Origin: Mycolicibacterium sp. | GTDB lineage: Bacteria > Actinomycetota > Actinomycetes > Mycobacteriales > Mycobacteriaceae | DNA: 64,000 nucleotides | Strand: one strand, 5' to 3' | Assembly (NCBI RefSeq): GCF_032117575.1 | Contig: NZ_JAULZA010000034.1 | In this document: positions 1 through 10,444 of the stretch, piece by piece | Position numbering within the stretch: position 1 is the first letter of the stretch | Layout: each line of letters starts with the position of its first letter | The notes under the pieces: model-generated | Databases searched by the model: none | What the model was told of the DNA's origin: nothing | Seen by the model: only the letters and a program-made list of their open reading frames with translations | Program-made: the position numbers and the translations under genes

Positions 1-86
1 CAACCCTAGTCCGCCCCGGCGACACAGCAGGTCCGCGGGGCTTCGGACGCGTCGGATCGATATCCGTCGACCGCTACGGTGGATCG

Positions 87-1703
87 GTGAGCACCCCGAC
101 GGGCATCCGCGGGCGGATTTCTGAATTCGTCCGCTGGATCACCCGTACGCCGTGGCTGCTGTACTTCCTGGGTCTGGTGCAGGCAGACATCATCGGCGCG
201 CTTCTGGTGCTGGGCTTCCTGCGCTTCGGCCTGCCGCCGGACCAACGCGTCAAGCTGCAGGACCTGCCCACCGAGAACCTGCTGATCGTCGTGGGATATG
301 TGGTGGTCGCGTTCGCGGTCGGCGCGACGATCAGCTTCTTCCTGCTGGTCCCGGTGTTCCGCTGGCAACGCCAGGACACCCTGTTGATCGAAGACGATCC
401 GGCACTGACCGAACAGGCCCGGCTGCGGGCGCTGCAGATGCCCGCCTACCGGGCAGCGATCAGTATCACCCTGTGGCTGCTCGGTGTGGTGGTCTTCGTC
501 GCCGCCAGTTGGCCAGTGGCCCGGCACCTGACACCGAAACTGGCGATTGCGATCATGCTCGGCGGCACCGCCACCGCGATCATCGGCTACCTGCAGTCCG
601 AGCGGGTGCTGCGGCCGGTCGCGGTGGCCGCCCTGCGCAGCGGCGTCCCGGCACACTTCCATCGCCCCGGTGTGATGCTGCGGCTGGTGCTGGCCTGGGT
701 GTTATCCACCGGTGTCCCGCTGCTGATGATCGTGATGTCCGTGGTCGCGACCAAGTTGTCATTTCTGGACACCTCGGCCGACAGCATGCTCATCCCGATC
801 CTGCTGATGGCCATCGCCGCGCTGGTGATCGGCCTGACGGGCACGGTGCTGTCGGCCATGGCGATCTCCGATCCGCTGCGCCAGCTGCATTGGGCGCTCG
901 GCGAGGTGCAGCGCGGCAACTACAACGCCCACATGCAGATCTACGACGCCACCGAACTCGGCCTGCTGCAGGCCGGTTTCAACGACATGGTCCGCGAGCT
1001 CAGCGAGCGCCAGCGGATGCGCGACCTGTTCGGACGCTACGTCGGCGAAGACGTCGCCCGCCGGGCCCTGGAACGCGGAACCGAACTCGGCGGCGTCGAA
1101 TGCGATGTCGCGGTCTTGTTCGTCGACCTCGTCGGGTCCACCGAATTGGCCTCCACCCGGCCGCCGGCTGAGGTCGTCGGCGTGCTCAACGACTTCTTCC
1201 GTGTGGTGGTTGAGACGATCCAGCGGCACGGCGGTTTCGTCAATAAGTTCCAGGGCGACGCCTGCTTGTGCATCTTCGGCGCCCCGATCGAGCACCCCGA
1301 TGCCGCGGGCGCAGCGCTGGCCGCTTCCCGTGAACTGCACGACGAACTGGTGTCGGTGCTCGACCAGGTCGAGTTCGGCATCGGCGTCGCCGCGGGCCGC
1401 GCCATCGCCGGGCACATCGGCGCCCAGCACCGCTTCGAGTACACGGTGATCGGCGATCCGGTCAACGAGGCCGCCCGGCTCACCGAGTTGGCCAAGCTCG
1501 AACCTGGGCATGTGCTGGCGTCGGCCATCACGGTCAGTGGGGCGCTCGACGCCGAGGCGCTGTGCTGGAACGTCGGGGAGATCGTCGAACTGCGGGGCCG
1601 CACGGCCCCCACCCAGCTGGCCCGCCCGGTCAACCCCGCGGTGCCCGACGAGCCGGCCCGGGTGGGCGACGCGGGGGTGGCGGCACGGGACCTGGCGGTG
1701 TAA
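87..1703 (+). CDS. Membrane-anchored class III adenylate cyclase with HAMP domain (Rv3645 orthologue)
   Basis: About 6 N-terminal TM helices, a HAMP segment (ISDPLRQL...ELGLLQAGFNDM) and cyclase motifs VLFVDLVGST, NKFQGDA, EYTVIGDPVNEAARL. TACGGT -10 box lies 6 nt before the GTG. Confidence 0.93.
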   Translation: MSTPTGIRGRISEFVRWITRTPWLLYFLGLVQADIIGALLVLGFLRFGLPPDQRVKLQDLPTENLLIVVGYVVVAFAVGATISFFLLVPVFRWQRQDTLLIEDDPALTEQARLRALQMPAYRAAISITLWLLGVVVFVAASWPVARHLTPKLAIAIMLGGTATAIIGYLQSERVLRPVAVAALRSGVPAHFHRPGVMLRLVLAWVLSTGVPLLMIVMSVVATKLSFLDTSADSMLIPILLMAIAALVIGLTGTVLSAMAISDPLRQLHWALGEVQRGNYNAHMQIYDATELGLLQAGFNDMVRELSERQRMRDLFGRYVGEDVARRALERGTELGGVECDVAVLFVDLVGSTELASTRPPAEVVGVLNDFFRVVVETIQRHGGFVNKFQGDACLCIFGAPIEHPDAAGAALAASRELHDELVSVLDQVEFGIGVAAGRAIAGHIGAQHRFEYTVIGDPVNEAARLTELAKLEPGHVLASAITVSGALDAEALCWNVGEIVELRGRTAPTQLARPVNPAVPDEPARVGDAGVAARDLAV

Positions 1704-1710
1704 CGGCCCG

Positions 1711-4548
1711 TCAGGCCTTCTTCGCGGGAGCCTTCTTGCGGACGGCCTTCTTGGCCGGCGCCTTTCGGGCGGCGGCCTTCTTGACGGTGCGGGTGACCGG
1801 TCCGCGGGCCCGACGGTCGGCGAGCAGTTCGGCAGCCCGCTCGTCGGTGATGCTCAGCACGTCGTCGCCCTTGCGCAGGCTGGCGTTGGTCTCACCGTCG
1901 GTGACGTACGGCCCGAACCGACCGTCCTTGATCACCATCGGCTTGCCGGATGCCGGGTCGTTGCCCAGTTCGCGCAGCGGCGGCGCGGCCGCGCCGGTGC
2001 GGCCGCGGCGCTTGGGTTCGGCGTAGATCTTCAGCGCCTCGTCGAGGGTGACGGTGAAGATCTGGTCCTCGGTCGCCAGCGAACGGGAGTCGGTGCCACG
2101 CTTGAGGTACGGGCCGTATCGGCCGTTCTGGGCGGTGATCTCCTCGCCGTTCTGCGTATCCACGCCGACCACCCGCGGCAGTGACAGCAGCTTGAGGGCG
2201 TCGTCGAGAGTGACGGTCTGCAGGTCCATGCTGCGGAACAGTGAACCCGTGCGCGGCTTGGGCCCGGTCGGCTTCTTGCCCTTCTTCGCGGTGACGCCCG
2301 AATCGTCGTCGGGCGGCGGCGGCAGCACCTCGGTGACATAGGGCCCGTACCGGCCGTCGCGCGCCACGATCTCGTGCCCGCTCACCGGGTCGACGCCGAG
2401 CACACGACCTTCCTGCGGTGTGGCGAAAAGGGTTTCGGCCAGCTCCAGGGTCAGCTCGTCGGGGGTAATCTCGTCGCTGAGGTTCGCCCGCTGCGGCGTC
2501 GGCTCACCGTCCTCGCCGAGGATCATTCGCTCCAGATAAGGGCCGTTCTTCCCGACCCGCACATAGACCGGGCGACCCTGCTCGTCGTCGAACAACGCGA
2601 TCGAGTTGACCTCGCGGGCATCGATCCCCTCGAGGTTGACGCCCACCAGTTTCTTCAAGCCGCCGGCCCGGGCGATCGAATGCGGAACGCCGTGCTCGCC
2701 ACCGAAGTAGAAATTGTTCAGCCAGTTGGTGCGGTGCTCGTGGCCGGACGCGATCTGGTCGAGCTCGTCCTCCATGGCGGCGGTGAAGTCGTAGTCCACC
2801 AGCCGGCTGAAGTGCTGCTCCAGCAGACCTGTCACCGCGAAGGCCACCCAGGACGGCACCAGGGCGCTGCCCTTTTTGTGCACGTATCCGCGGTCTTGGA
2901 TGGTCTTGATGATCGACGAATACGTCGAGGGCCGGCCGATTCCGAGCTCTTCGAGAGCCTTGACCAACGACGCCTCGGTGTAACGGGCCGGCGGGTTGGT
3001 GGCGTGGCCGTCGGCGGTCAGCCGGGTGGCGTCCACCCGCTGGCCCTGACGCAGCTGCGGCAGCCGGCTCTCGGCGTCGTCGGCCTCGCCGCCGGCGAGT
3101 TCGTCGACGGTCTCGACGTAGGCCTTCAGGAAGCCGGGGAAGGTGATGGTGCGCCCGCTGGCCGCGAAGGCCGCCTCGCGGCCGTCGGCGGCGCTGGCTG
3201 AATCCGATGTCGTCGGCCGAGCGACTCCGGCAATCCGCAGGCTCAGGGTGGTGCCACGGGCGTCGGCCATCTGCGAGGCGACGGTCCGCTGCCAGATCAG
3301 CTCGTAGAGCCGGAAGCCGTCGGTGTCGAGTTCGGCGTGCAGCGCGCCCGGGGTGGCGAAGGTGTCGCCGGAGGGCCGGATCGCCTCGTGCGCCTCCTGA
3401 GCGTTCTTGACCTTGCGGGTGTACTGCCGCGGCGACGGGTGGACGTACTCGTCGCCGTAGAGCTGACGGGCCTGGTTGCGTGCGGCGTTGATCGCCGACT
3501 CCGACAGCGTCGTGGAGTCGGTTCGCATGTAGGTGATGTAGCCGTTCTCGTACAGCTTCTGGGCCACGCTCATGGTGCGTTCGGAGGTGAACCGCAGTTT
3601 GCGTCCGGCCTCCTGCTGCAGCGTCGAGGTCATGAACGGCGCGTACGGACGACGGGTGTAGGGCTTCTCCTCCACCGACGCGACGGTCAGCGCCGCGCCC
3701 TGCAACCCGGCGGCGAGCGCACCGGCGGCGGCCTCGTCGAGCACCTGCACCTCGGCCGGCTTGCGCAGCGCGCCGAGGGAATCGAAGTCGCGGCCGCTGG
3801 CCACTCGCTTGCCGTCCACCGCGACGAGGCGGGCGTTGAACCGCGGCGGGGTGGCTTGCGGGTCGGACACGCTGGCGTCCAGTTCGGCCAGGATGTCCCA
3901 GTACGCCGCGCTGCGGAACGCCATGCGTTCCCGCTCGCGCTGCACGATGATGCGGGTGGCCACCGACTGCACCCGGCCGGCGGACAGCTTCGGGGCCACC
4001 TTTTTCCACAGCACCGGACTGACCTCGTAGCCGTAGAGGCGGTCCAGGATGCGGCGGGTCTCTTGCGCGTCGACGAGATCGGTGTCGAGATCACGCGGAT
4101 TCTCGGCAGCCGCCCGGATGGCGGGCTCGGTGATCTCGTGGAAGACCATCCGGCGGACCGGGACGCGCGGCTTCAGCGTCTCCAGCAAATGCCAGGCGAT
4201 GGCCTCGCCCTCCCGGTCACCGTCGGTGGCCAGGTAAAGCTCGTCGACGTCCTTGAGCAGGCTCTTCAGCTCAGTGACGGTGGCCTTCTTGTCGGGGCTG
4301 ACCACGTAAAGCGGCTCGAAGTCATGGTCGACGTCGACACCCAGCCGTGCCCATTTCTCCGTCTTGTACTTGGCGGGCACGTCGGCCGCACCTTTGGGCA
4401 GGTCACGGATGTGGCCGCGGGAGGATTCGACGACGTAGTTGCGGCCGAGGTAGCCGGCGATTTTGCGCGCCTTGGTAGGCGACTCGACGATGACGAGCCG
4501 CCGGACATTGCCGTTGCGGATACCGCTCCCGCGGTCGTCGTCAGCCAA
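1711..4548 (-). CDS. topA: DNA topoisomerase I
   Basis: Toprim motifs VIVESPTK and ATDGDREGE, catalytic region GYITYMRTDS, actinobacterial C-terminal GRYGPY repeats and a Lys/Ala-rich tail. TTG start. Confidence 0.98.
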   Translation of the reverse strand: MADDDRGSGIRNGNVRRLVIVESPTKARKIAGYLGRNYVVESSRGHIRDLPKGAADVPAKYKTEKWARLGVDVDHDFEPLYVVSPDKKATVTELKSLLKDVDELYLATDGDREGEAIAWHLLETLKPRVPVRRMVFHEITEPAIRAAAENPRDLDTDLVDAQETRRILDRLYGYEVSPVLWKKVAPKLSAGRVQSVATRIIVQRERERMAFRSAAYWDILAELDASVSDPQATPPRFNARLVAVDGKRVASGRDFDSLGALRKPAEVQVLDEAAAGALAAGLQGAALTVASVEEKPYTRRPYAPFMTSTLQQEAGRKLRFTSERTMSVAQKLYENGYITYMRTDSTTLSESAINAARNQARQLYGDEYVHPSPRQYTRKVKNAQEAHEAIRPSGDTFATPGALHAELDTDGFRLYELIWQRTVASQMADARGTTLSLRIAGVARPTTSDSASAADGREAAFAASGRTITFPGFLKAYVETVDELAGGEADDAESRLPQLRQGQRVDATRLTADGHATNPPARYTEASLVKALEELGIGRPSTYSSIIKTIQDRGYVHKKGSALVPSWVAFAVTGLLEQHFSRLVDYDFTAAMEDELDQIASGHEHRTNWLNNFYFGGEHGVPHSIARAGGLKKLVGVNLEGIDAREVNSIALFDDEQGRPVYVRVGKNGPYLERMILGEDGEPTPQRANLSDEITPDELTLELAETLFATPQEGRVLGVDPVSGHEIVARDGRYGPYVTEVLPPPPDDDSGVTAKKGKKPTGPKPRTGSLFRSMDLQTVTLDDALKLLSLPRVVGVDTQNGEEITAQNGRYGPYLKRGTDSRSLATEDQIFTVTLDEALKIYAEPKRRGRTGAAAPPLRELGNDPASGKPMVIKDGRFGPYVTDGETNASLRKGDDVLSITDERAAELLADRRARGPVTRTVKKAAARKAPAKKAVRKKAPAKKA

Positions 4549-4698
4549 CTACGCCTACGCTCCACTTCTTATATGGGGCCATTCGAGCCACATTCCCAGA
4601 TGTGTACCCCATGCAGACCCCCCGGGTACCTGACAATTTCGCACCCTCACACCGGCCGACGCAAACCGGCGCCCTGTGGGCAACGTCTCCATCCCGTC

Positions 4699-5277
4699 TC
4701 AGACACGCGGCCAGGCCGCCTCGGCGTCGGCCCCTTCCGGGGGTTGTCCCACCGTCTCGACCAGTCGCGACAGCCGCCGGCGACCACTGATTCGCAGGGC
4801 CGGATGGGCTCCCCGGGTGCCGATCAACGTCGGGGCGATACCGATCCGCATCAACGCCGACGCCAGCGGCGAGTGGGTGTCGGGAGCGTGCGGATCCAGC
4901 CCGAGCAGGTACCGGTCGGCTTCCGGGCTGCCGGCCGCCAGCGTCCAGGCCCGAAGCTCCCGCGGACCGGGCAACCAGTCCGTCGGCACGGTCTTCACCG
5001 CGCCGCGGGTCCAGTCCGCGGCGATGCCCAGCAGTCGGACGTCGACGGCGGTGCGCACCAGCGGGGTGTTCTCCTCGGTGCTGGTCACCTCAGCCTGCAG
5101 TCCGGTAGCGGTCATCATCTCGGCCAGTGCGGCGGCCCGCCAGACGGCGTCGACCACCACCGACAACCGGGCCCCGGTGCCGACGGTCACCACCTGGCCG
5201 GCTGCTGCGAGAACTCCGGTCAAGTCGGCGACCGCGGGCGGCACCGACTCGGCGGAGAAGAACGACAGCTGGCTCAC
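4699..5277 (-). CDS. Conserved actinobacterial hypothetical protein (Rv3647c orthologue)
   Basis: N-terminus MSQLSFFSAES; lies between topA and cspA; TAATGT -10 box 6 nt before the GTG. Confidence 0.85.
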   Translation of the reverse strand: MSQLSFFSAESVPPAVADLTGVLAAAGQVVTVGTGARLSVVVDAVWRAAALAEMMTATGLQAEVTSTEENTPLVRTAVDVRLLGIAADWTRGAVKTVPTDWLPGPRELRAWTLAAGSPEADRYLLGLDPHAPDTHSPLASALMRIGIAPTLIGTRGAHPALRISGRRRLSRLVETVGQPPEGADAEAAWPRV

Positions 5278-5378
5278 GCTTCGACATTAGGCCAGGACAT
5301 CAGTGGCCGACCGCCGCCGAGCCGCAGTGGACGCGGACCGGCTTCGTCGTAGAAAAGACTTCGGCGTGCAAAAGACAG

Positions 5379-5420
5379 AGCACCCCCGCTCAGCCCGTGA
5401 CCGGGCCAGGCGGGGGTGCT
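5379..5420 (-). terminator. Intrinsic terminator downstream of cspA
   Basis: Inverted repeat AGCACCCCCGC...GCGGGGGTGCT followed on the - strand by CTGTCTTTT. Confidence 0.7.
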
Positions 5421-5436
5421 GTGTGACTGTTGTCGC

Positions 5437-5640
5437 TCAGACGGCGCGGACGCCGGTGGCCTGCGGCCCCTTGGGGCTCTGGCCGACCTCGAACTCGACC
5501 CGCTGGTTCTCCTCCAGGGTGCGGAAGCCCGAACCCTGAATTTCCGTGTAGTGGACGAACACGTCAGCGGAGCCATCCTCCGGAGCAATGAAGCCGAAGC
5601 CCTTCTCCGCGTTGAACCACTTCACAGTTCCCTGTGGCAT
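5437..5640 (-). CDS. cspA: Cold-shock protein
   Basis: [18 protein letters not shown] (RNP1) and DVFVHY (RNP2); 67 aa; RBS GGAAAGAAA. Confidence 0.98.
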   Translation of the reverse strand: MPQGTVKWFNAEKGFGFIAPEDGSADVFVHYTEIQGSGFRTLEENQRVEFEVGQSPKGPQATGVRAV

Positions 5641-5866
5641 TTCTTTCCTAACTTATTTCCGGGAGCGATCTACCGATGTTCATGTAGACCGGGCCGGTTG
5701 AGACCGCATACCTTCTGGGCTCACACCCTCGCAGGAACAGCGACCGCAACGTCGATCCTGCGATTGTGGAGACACGAACACAGAAGCTGCGACCACCTCC
5801 ATCCAACCACGTCCGACGCGGTTAGGACAGCTTCGGCAACAATTCGATGTGGAGCGGGAGGTGACC

Positions 5867-8176
5867 ATGGCGAGTTTCGGCGGAGATTTGCTGGAGGCCG
5901 TCTGCGGGCCCGACCGCCCGCCGTCGCTGTTGCACGTCGCCGAAATCCCGGCCCGCACAGCGCAATCGGCGGACTGGCCCACCTGGGTGGCACCGGATGT
6001 GGTGACCTCACTAGTCAGCCACGGAATCCGCCGCCCGTGGTCGCATCAGGTCACTGCCGCCGACTTGGCCCATGCCGGCCGGCATGTGGTGGTCAGCACA
6101 GGGACGGCGTCGGGCAAGTCATTGGCATTCCAGTTGCCCATCCTGGACACGATGGCCCGTGATCCCCGCGCCCGCGCGCTGTACCTGTCGCCGACCAAGG
6201 CGCTGGGTCACGATCAGCTTCGGACCGCCCATTCGCTGACATTGCCGGTGCCGGCTCTGCGCGACGTGGCGCCGACTGCCTACGACGGTGACGCCCCGCT
6301 GGAGGTCCGCCGGTTCGCCCGGGAACGGTCGCGCTGGTTGTTCTCCAACCCCGACATGGTGCATCTGTCGCTGCTCCGAAACCACGCCCGGTGGGCGGTG
6401 TTCCTGCGCGGGTTGCGTTACATCGTCGTCGACGAATGTCACTACTACCGAGGGATTTTCGGCTCTAACGTGGCGATGGTGCTACGCCGCCTGCTGCGAC
6501 TGTGCGAACGGTACCGCGACGCCGGTTCGCCAGGACCCACGGTGATCTTCGCCAGCGCGACGACGGCCGCGCCCGGCGACACCGCCGCCGATCTGATCGG
6601 CTGCCCGGTCGCCGAGGTCACCGACGACGGCTCCCCGCAGGGCGCTCGCACGATCGCGCTGTGGGAGCCGGAGTTGCGCCATGACATGCACGGCGAGAAC
6701 GGGGCGCCGGTGCGTCGGTCGGCCGGCGCCGATGCGGCGCGGATGATGGCCGACCTGGTGGCGGAGGGCGCGCGCACCCTGACCTTCGTGCGGTCCCGCC
6801 GCAGCGCCGAGCTGACGGCACTGGGCGCTCGCGCGCGGCTGGCCGAAACCGCCCCGCAGCTGTGCGACACGGTGGCCTCCTACCGGGCCGGTTACCTCGC
6901 GGAAGACCGCCGGGCCCTGGAACGGGCACTCGCCGACGGCGAACTGCGCGGCCTGGCCGCCACCAATGCGCTGGAATTGGGCATCGACATCTCCGGGCTC
7001 GACGCGGTGGTGCTGGCCGGCTTCCCCGGAACGGTGGCGTCGTTCTGGCAGCAGGCCGGGCGTTGCGGACGGCGCGGCCAGGGCGCCTTGGTAGTGCTGG
7101 TCGCGCGGGACGATCCCCTGGACACCTACCTGGTGCACCACCCGAGCGCGCTGCTCGGCAAGCCGGTCGAGCGGGTGGTGACCGATCCGGCGAACCCGTA
7201 CGTGATGGGTCCGCAACTGCTCTGCGCGGCCACCGAATTGCCGCTCACCGACGCCGAACTGGAGAACTGGCATGCTGGCGCGGTAGCCCGGGAGTTGGTC
7301 GCCGACGGCCTGCTTCGCCACCGCGCCGGGCGGTACTTCCCTGCCGCCGGGCTGGACCCACACCATCAGGTGGACATCCGGGGAGGCGCCGGCGGCCAGA
7401 TCGCGATCGTGGAATCGGGTACCGGCCGCCTGCTGGGCAGCACCGAGGCCGGTCAGGCGTCAGCCACCGTGCATCCCGGGGCGGTGTACCTGCACCAGGG
7501 CGAGACCTACCTGGTGGATTCACTGGATCTCGACGAGCGGATCGCCTTCGTCCACGCCGAGGACCCCGGGTATTCGACCTTCGCCCGCGAGATCACCGAC
7601 ATCACCGTCACCGGGCCGGGTGAGCGGGTGAACTACGGCCCGGTGACGCTCGGACTGGTACCGGTCTGCGTTACCCATCGGGTGATCGGTTACCTGCGGC
7701 GGGCGGCATCCGGTGAGGTGATCGATTTCATCGAGCTGGATTCACCGGAGCGGACCCTGCCCACCACTGCCGTCATGTACACGGTGACCCCGGAACTGCT
7801 GGCCGCCAGCGGTATTGATCTTCCACGCATTCCCGGGTCATTGCACGCCGCCGAGCACGCCGCCATCGGCCTGCTGCCGCTGGTGGCCAGTTGCGACCGC
7901 GGGGACATCGGCGGGTTGTCGACGGCCGTTGGCGAAGACGGGCTGCCGACCGTCTTCGTCTACGACGGCCATCCCGGCGGCGCCGGCTTCGCTGAACGCG
8001 GATACCGGCTGGCGAGCACATGGCTACGGGCGACCCTGGATGCGATCCGGGCCTGCGAGTGCCCGAACGGATGCCCGTCGTGTGTTCAATCGCCAAAATG
8101 CGGGAACGGCAACGATCCGTTGGACAAGGCGGGGGCCGTACAGGTGCTGCAGGCGGTTCTGGGCCGACTGCCGTGA
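5867..8176 (+). CDS. sftH: SF2 DEAD/DEAH helicase with C-terminal DUF1998 (SftH/MrfA/Hrq1 family, Rv3649 orthologue)
   Basis: Motifs TASGKS, DECH, SAT, TNALELGID and QQAGRCGR; C-terminal Cys cluster CECPNGCPSC. ATG at 5867 follows GGGAGG. Confidence 0.9.
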   Translation: MASFGGDLLEAVCGPDRPPSLLHVAEIPARTAQSADWPTWVAPDVVTSLVSHGIRRPWSHQVTAADLAHAGRHVVVSTGTASGKSLAFQLPILDTMARDPRARALYLSPTKALGHDQLRTAHSLTLPVPALRDVAPTAYDGDAPLEVRRFARERSRWLFSNPDMVHLSLLRNHARWAVFLRGLRYIVVDECHYYRGIFGSNVAMVLRRLLRLCERYRDAGSPGPTVIFASATTAAPGDTAADLIGCPVAEVTDDGSPQGARTIALWEPELRHDMHGENGAPVRRSAGADAARMMADLVAEGARTLTFVRSRRSAELTALGARARLAETAPQLCDTVASYRAGYLAEDRRALERALADGELRGLAATNALELGIDISGLDAVVLAGFPGTVASFWQQAGRCGRRGQGALVVLVARDDPLDTYLVHHPSALLGKPVERVVTDPANPYVMGPQLLCAATELPLTDAELENWHAGAVARELVADGLLRHRAGRYFPAAGLDPHHQVDIRGGAGGQIAIVESGTGRLLGSTEAGQASATVHPGAVYLHQGETYLVDSLDLDERIAFVHAEDPGYSTFAREITDITVTGPGERVNYGPVTLGLVPVCVTHRVIGYLRRAASGEVIDFIELDSPERTLPTTAVMYTVTPELLAASGIDLPRIPGSLHAAEHAAIGLLPLVASCDRGDIGGLSTAVGEDGLPTVFVYDGHPGGAGFAERGYRLASTWLRATLDAIRACECPNGCPSCVQSPKCGNGNDPLDKAGAVQVLQAVLGRLP

Positions 8177-8523
8177 CTGATTTGTGCGGATGGAGGCGAC
8201 CGCCGACCGACCCCTCGAACGGTCGACAGTCGCGAAGGCGAGTTAGCCACGCGCACATCCACAGTGCGCCCCGCTTCTAGAGGCAAACCTCACCGCGGTA
8301 CCACCGCGGAGAGCGAGCATCGAACGCTCGGACAACTCGAGCCGTTCGGCAATCCGGACGAACCGGATGTAGCTGAACATACGCTGTTGAGTTCGTCACA
8401 CGCAACGCCTCTGCGAGCCGACACCGGCGGAGCTACCGGATCGGAGCGGCAGCACCTCCCCTACCTGCGGATTCGCCCGAGCCCGGGCACCAGGCCGGCG
8501 GGACGCGCCGTTAAGCTGACACC

Positions 8524-9552
8524 ATGACGCAAGACTGGCTGCTGGTGGAGACATTGGGTGACCAGCCCGTCGTCGTTGCTCAGGGCCGTCATATGAAGAA
8601 CTTCGTGGCGCTGGCTGTCTTCCTGCGTCGCAACCCGAGCCTGGCCGCGATCCAGACCGCGATCACCGAGACGGTCAGCACCGGCAACTCGTTGGTGAGC
8701 ATCACCTCGAAAACCAAGCGGGTGATCCGGACCGAGCCGGTGCAGATGTCTGACGGCCGCATGCACGGCGTGCATGTGTGGTGCGGTCCCACCGATGAGG
8801 ACCCGCCGCAGCGCCCGATGCCCGGCCCTTTCACGTGGGACCTCACCGCGGGCACGGGCACGGCGACGGTGGAATACCTGATCAATGCCGGTATGGATCC
8901 CGCGCACGAGTCGCTGACCGGGAGGGCCTTCGCCGAGGACATCCCCAGCCGCAGCCTCAACCCCGATGAGTCCAAAGCGCTGTCGTGGACCATTGACGCC
9001 GCCCCGGACCGCACGTACTGCGCCTCGTGGGACTTCACCGACAAGCTCGGCGGCTTCCGCCGGGTGGGCTGGTGTGCGCGCACTCTCATGGAGAAGAACG
9101 AGGACGGCTCCGACCACCTGATGGCCCGCGCCATGAATCTGGTCGAAGAGGTCAGCGAGACCCCGCTGAGCGCGGATAACCTCGCCAACCGCATCCTGCA
9201 GGGTTTGTCGCAGCCGGGAGTGCATCGGGTGATCGTCGATCTCAAAGACTGGACGCCGCTGAAGTGGATCGACGCCCCGTGCCCCTACTTCAACTGGCGC
9301 GGGCGGGTTCAGCTACACCCTGAGGACCGTGAGCGATCCGCCGACCGGATGACCGCTGAGCTGGAGAACGGTGCCACCAGCGCCGTGCTGCGCCTTCCGG
9401 GCAACGAGGGCGGCTGGGTGCCGTTGCACGTCACCATCAACAAGGTCGAACTCGACGGCGGGGTCTATGGCGGTCTGGTCACAGTTCGGTTGCCCACCGA
9501 CGCCGAACTCGCCGAAGTCGGCCTGCTGAACGGCCAGCCGCTCAACCAGTAG
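8524..9552 (+). CDS. GAF/PAS-domain putative sensor protein (Rv3651 orthologue)
   Basis: N-terminus MTQDWLLVETLG matches the Rv3651 family as I recall it; synteny; TAAGCT -10 box 6 nt before the ATG. Confidence 0.8.
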   Translation: MTQDWLLVETLGDQPVVVAQGRHMKNFVALAVFLRRNPSLAAIQTAITETVSTGNSLVSITSKTKRVIRTEPVQMSDGRMHGVHVWCGPTDEDPPQRPMPGPFTWDLTAGTGTATVEYLINAGMDPAHESLTGRAFAEDIPSRSLNPDESKALSWTIDAAPDRTYCASWDFTDKLGGFRRVGWCARTLMEKNEDGSDHLMARAMNLVEEVSETPLSADNLANRILQGLSQPGVHRVIVDLKDWTPLKWIDAPCPYFNWRGRVQLHPEDRERSADRMTAELENGATSAVLRLPGNEGGWVPLHVTINKVELDGGVYGGLVTVRLPTDAELAEVGLLNGQPLNQ

Positions 9553-9880
9553 GACCGGCTCGGGCCGCGGCGCGGGCCTGCCCGCCCATCCGCAGACCGG
9601 TGTCGACGGTGACGATGACCGTGACGTCGAGGTCGGCGACGGCGCAGCCGCGCAACGTCGCCCGCATGGCACGGACAACGCCGTCAGCCTTGTCGCAGGC
9701 CGCCTCGGCACCGGCGGGCAGGCGTGCGGCGGCCGCCAGAGCGGCCAGATCCGCCGCTGCCTGGGCACGGTGGCGGGCCAGCACCGCTGCCCCGACCCAG
9801 ACTCCGCCGAGTGTGACGGCGACGAGCGCGGCGACCAGCACCGCTGCCAAGACCGTCGCGGCGCCCCGCTCGTCAGCCAC
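9542..9880 (-). CDS. TadE/TadG-like minor pilin (Rv3654c family)
   Basis: GTG start; prepilin-like leader DERG|AATVL followed by a hydrophobic helix; AQAAADLAALAAA motif; two Cys. Confidence 0.85.
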   Translation of the reverse strand: MADERGAATVLAAVLVAALVAVTLGGVWVGAAVLARHRAQAAADLAALAAAARLPAGAEAACDKADGVVRAMRATLRGCAVADLDVTVIVTVDTGLRMGGQARAAARAGPTG

Positions 9881-9887
9881 TTGGTCG

Positions 9888-10199
9888 TCAGCCGCCCGGT
9901 TCGACGGCCGCAACCGCCTGCCCGACGATGACCACACCCGGTAAGAGCGGCGAGCGGGCGGAAACCCGGGCCACCATGTAGTCGCCGTCGCGGCGCAATT
10001 CGATAGCCGCGCCGCCCGGCGCCGGCGTCGCCGCCGCTCGCTGGTCTCCTCGGGCAGCCAGCCGCGCGGCCTCCCGCGCGGAGTCGATACACCGCACCTG
10101 CATGGTGAGCGCCGCGAGTCCGGCCGCACACAGCAGTAGCACCACCACCAGACTCGCGATGGCCAGCGCCGCTTCGACGGTGCTGAAACCGGCATCGCC
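9888..10199 (-). CDS. TadE-family minor pilin (Rv3655c orthologue); start codon unresolved
   Basis: DAG|FSTVEAALAIASLVVVLLLC...RCIDSAREAARLAARG. No ATG/GTG/TTG close upstream of the prepilin motif in this frame. Confidence 0.8.
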   Translation of the reverse strand, partial: GDAGFSTVEAALAIASLVVVLLLCAAGLAALTMQVRCIDSAREAARLAARGDQRAAATPAPGGAAIELRRDGDYMVARVSARSPLLPGVVIVGQAVAAVEPGG

Positions 10200-10402
10200 T
10201 AGACCCGTGTGGTCAAGGCCCGGTTGATGATGTTGGTCAGTGCGCCGACGATCGAGTCTCCGGTGACGACGCTGTAGAGGACGGCGCCGAACGCCGCCGC
10301 GGCGATCGTCCCGATGGCGTATTCGACGGTCGACATGCCCGCCTCGTCGGCGACGACAGCGGTCAGCCGTACATTGATCCGGCGGATCGTATTGTGCAGC
10401 AT
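10199..10402 (-). CDS. Flp-type major pilin, DUF4244 (Rv3656c orthologue)
   Basis: Class III signal DEAG|MSTVEYA with the Flp E5-Y6 motif; 67 aa; RBS GAAGGGAA. Confidence 0.92.
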   Translation of the reverse strand: MLHNTIRRINVRLTAVVADEAGMSTVEYAIGTIAAAAFGAVLYSVVTGDSIVGALTNIINRALTTRV

Positions 10403-10444
10403 TGCTTTTCCCTTCTACGGTGTGAATTTCAACTTCGGTTTCGG

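Noticed and set aside
3337-5352. 671-aa + strand ORF, and similar long antisense ORFs (12615-14267, 37836-40052, 55377-56471)
   Set aside because: Shadow ORFs opposite well-supported genes, which are expected in high-GC DNA; no recognisable motifs.
8177-8523. About 350-bp intergenic region as an sRNA or PE remnant
   Set aside because: Only weak hairpins, no clear promoter/terminator pair and no PE motif; the short ORFs (8020-8280, 8264-8527) have no recognisable features.
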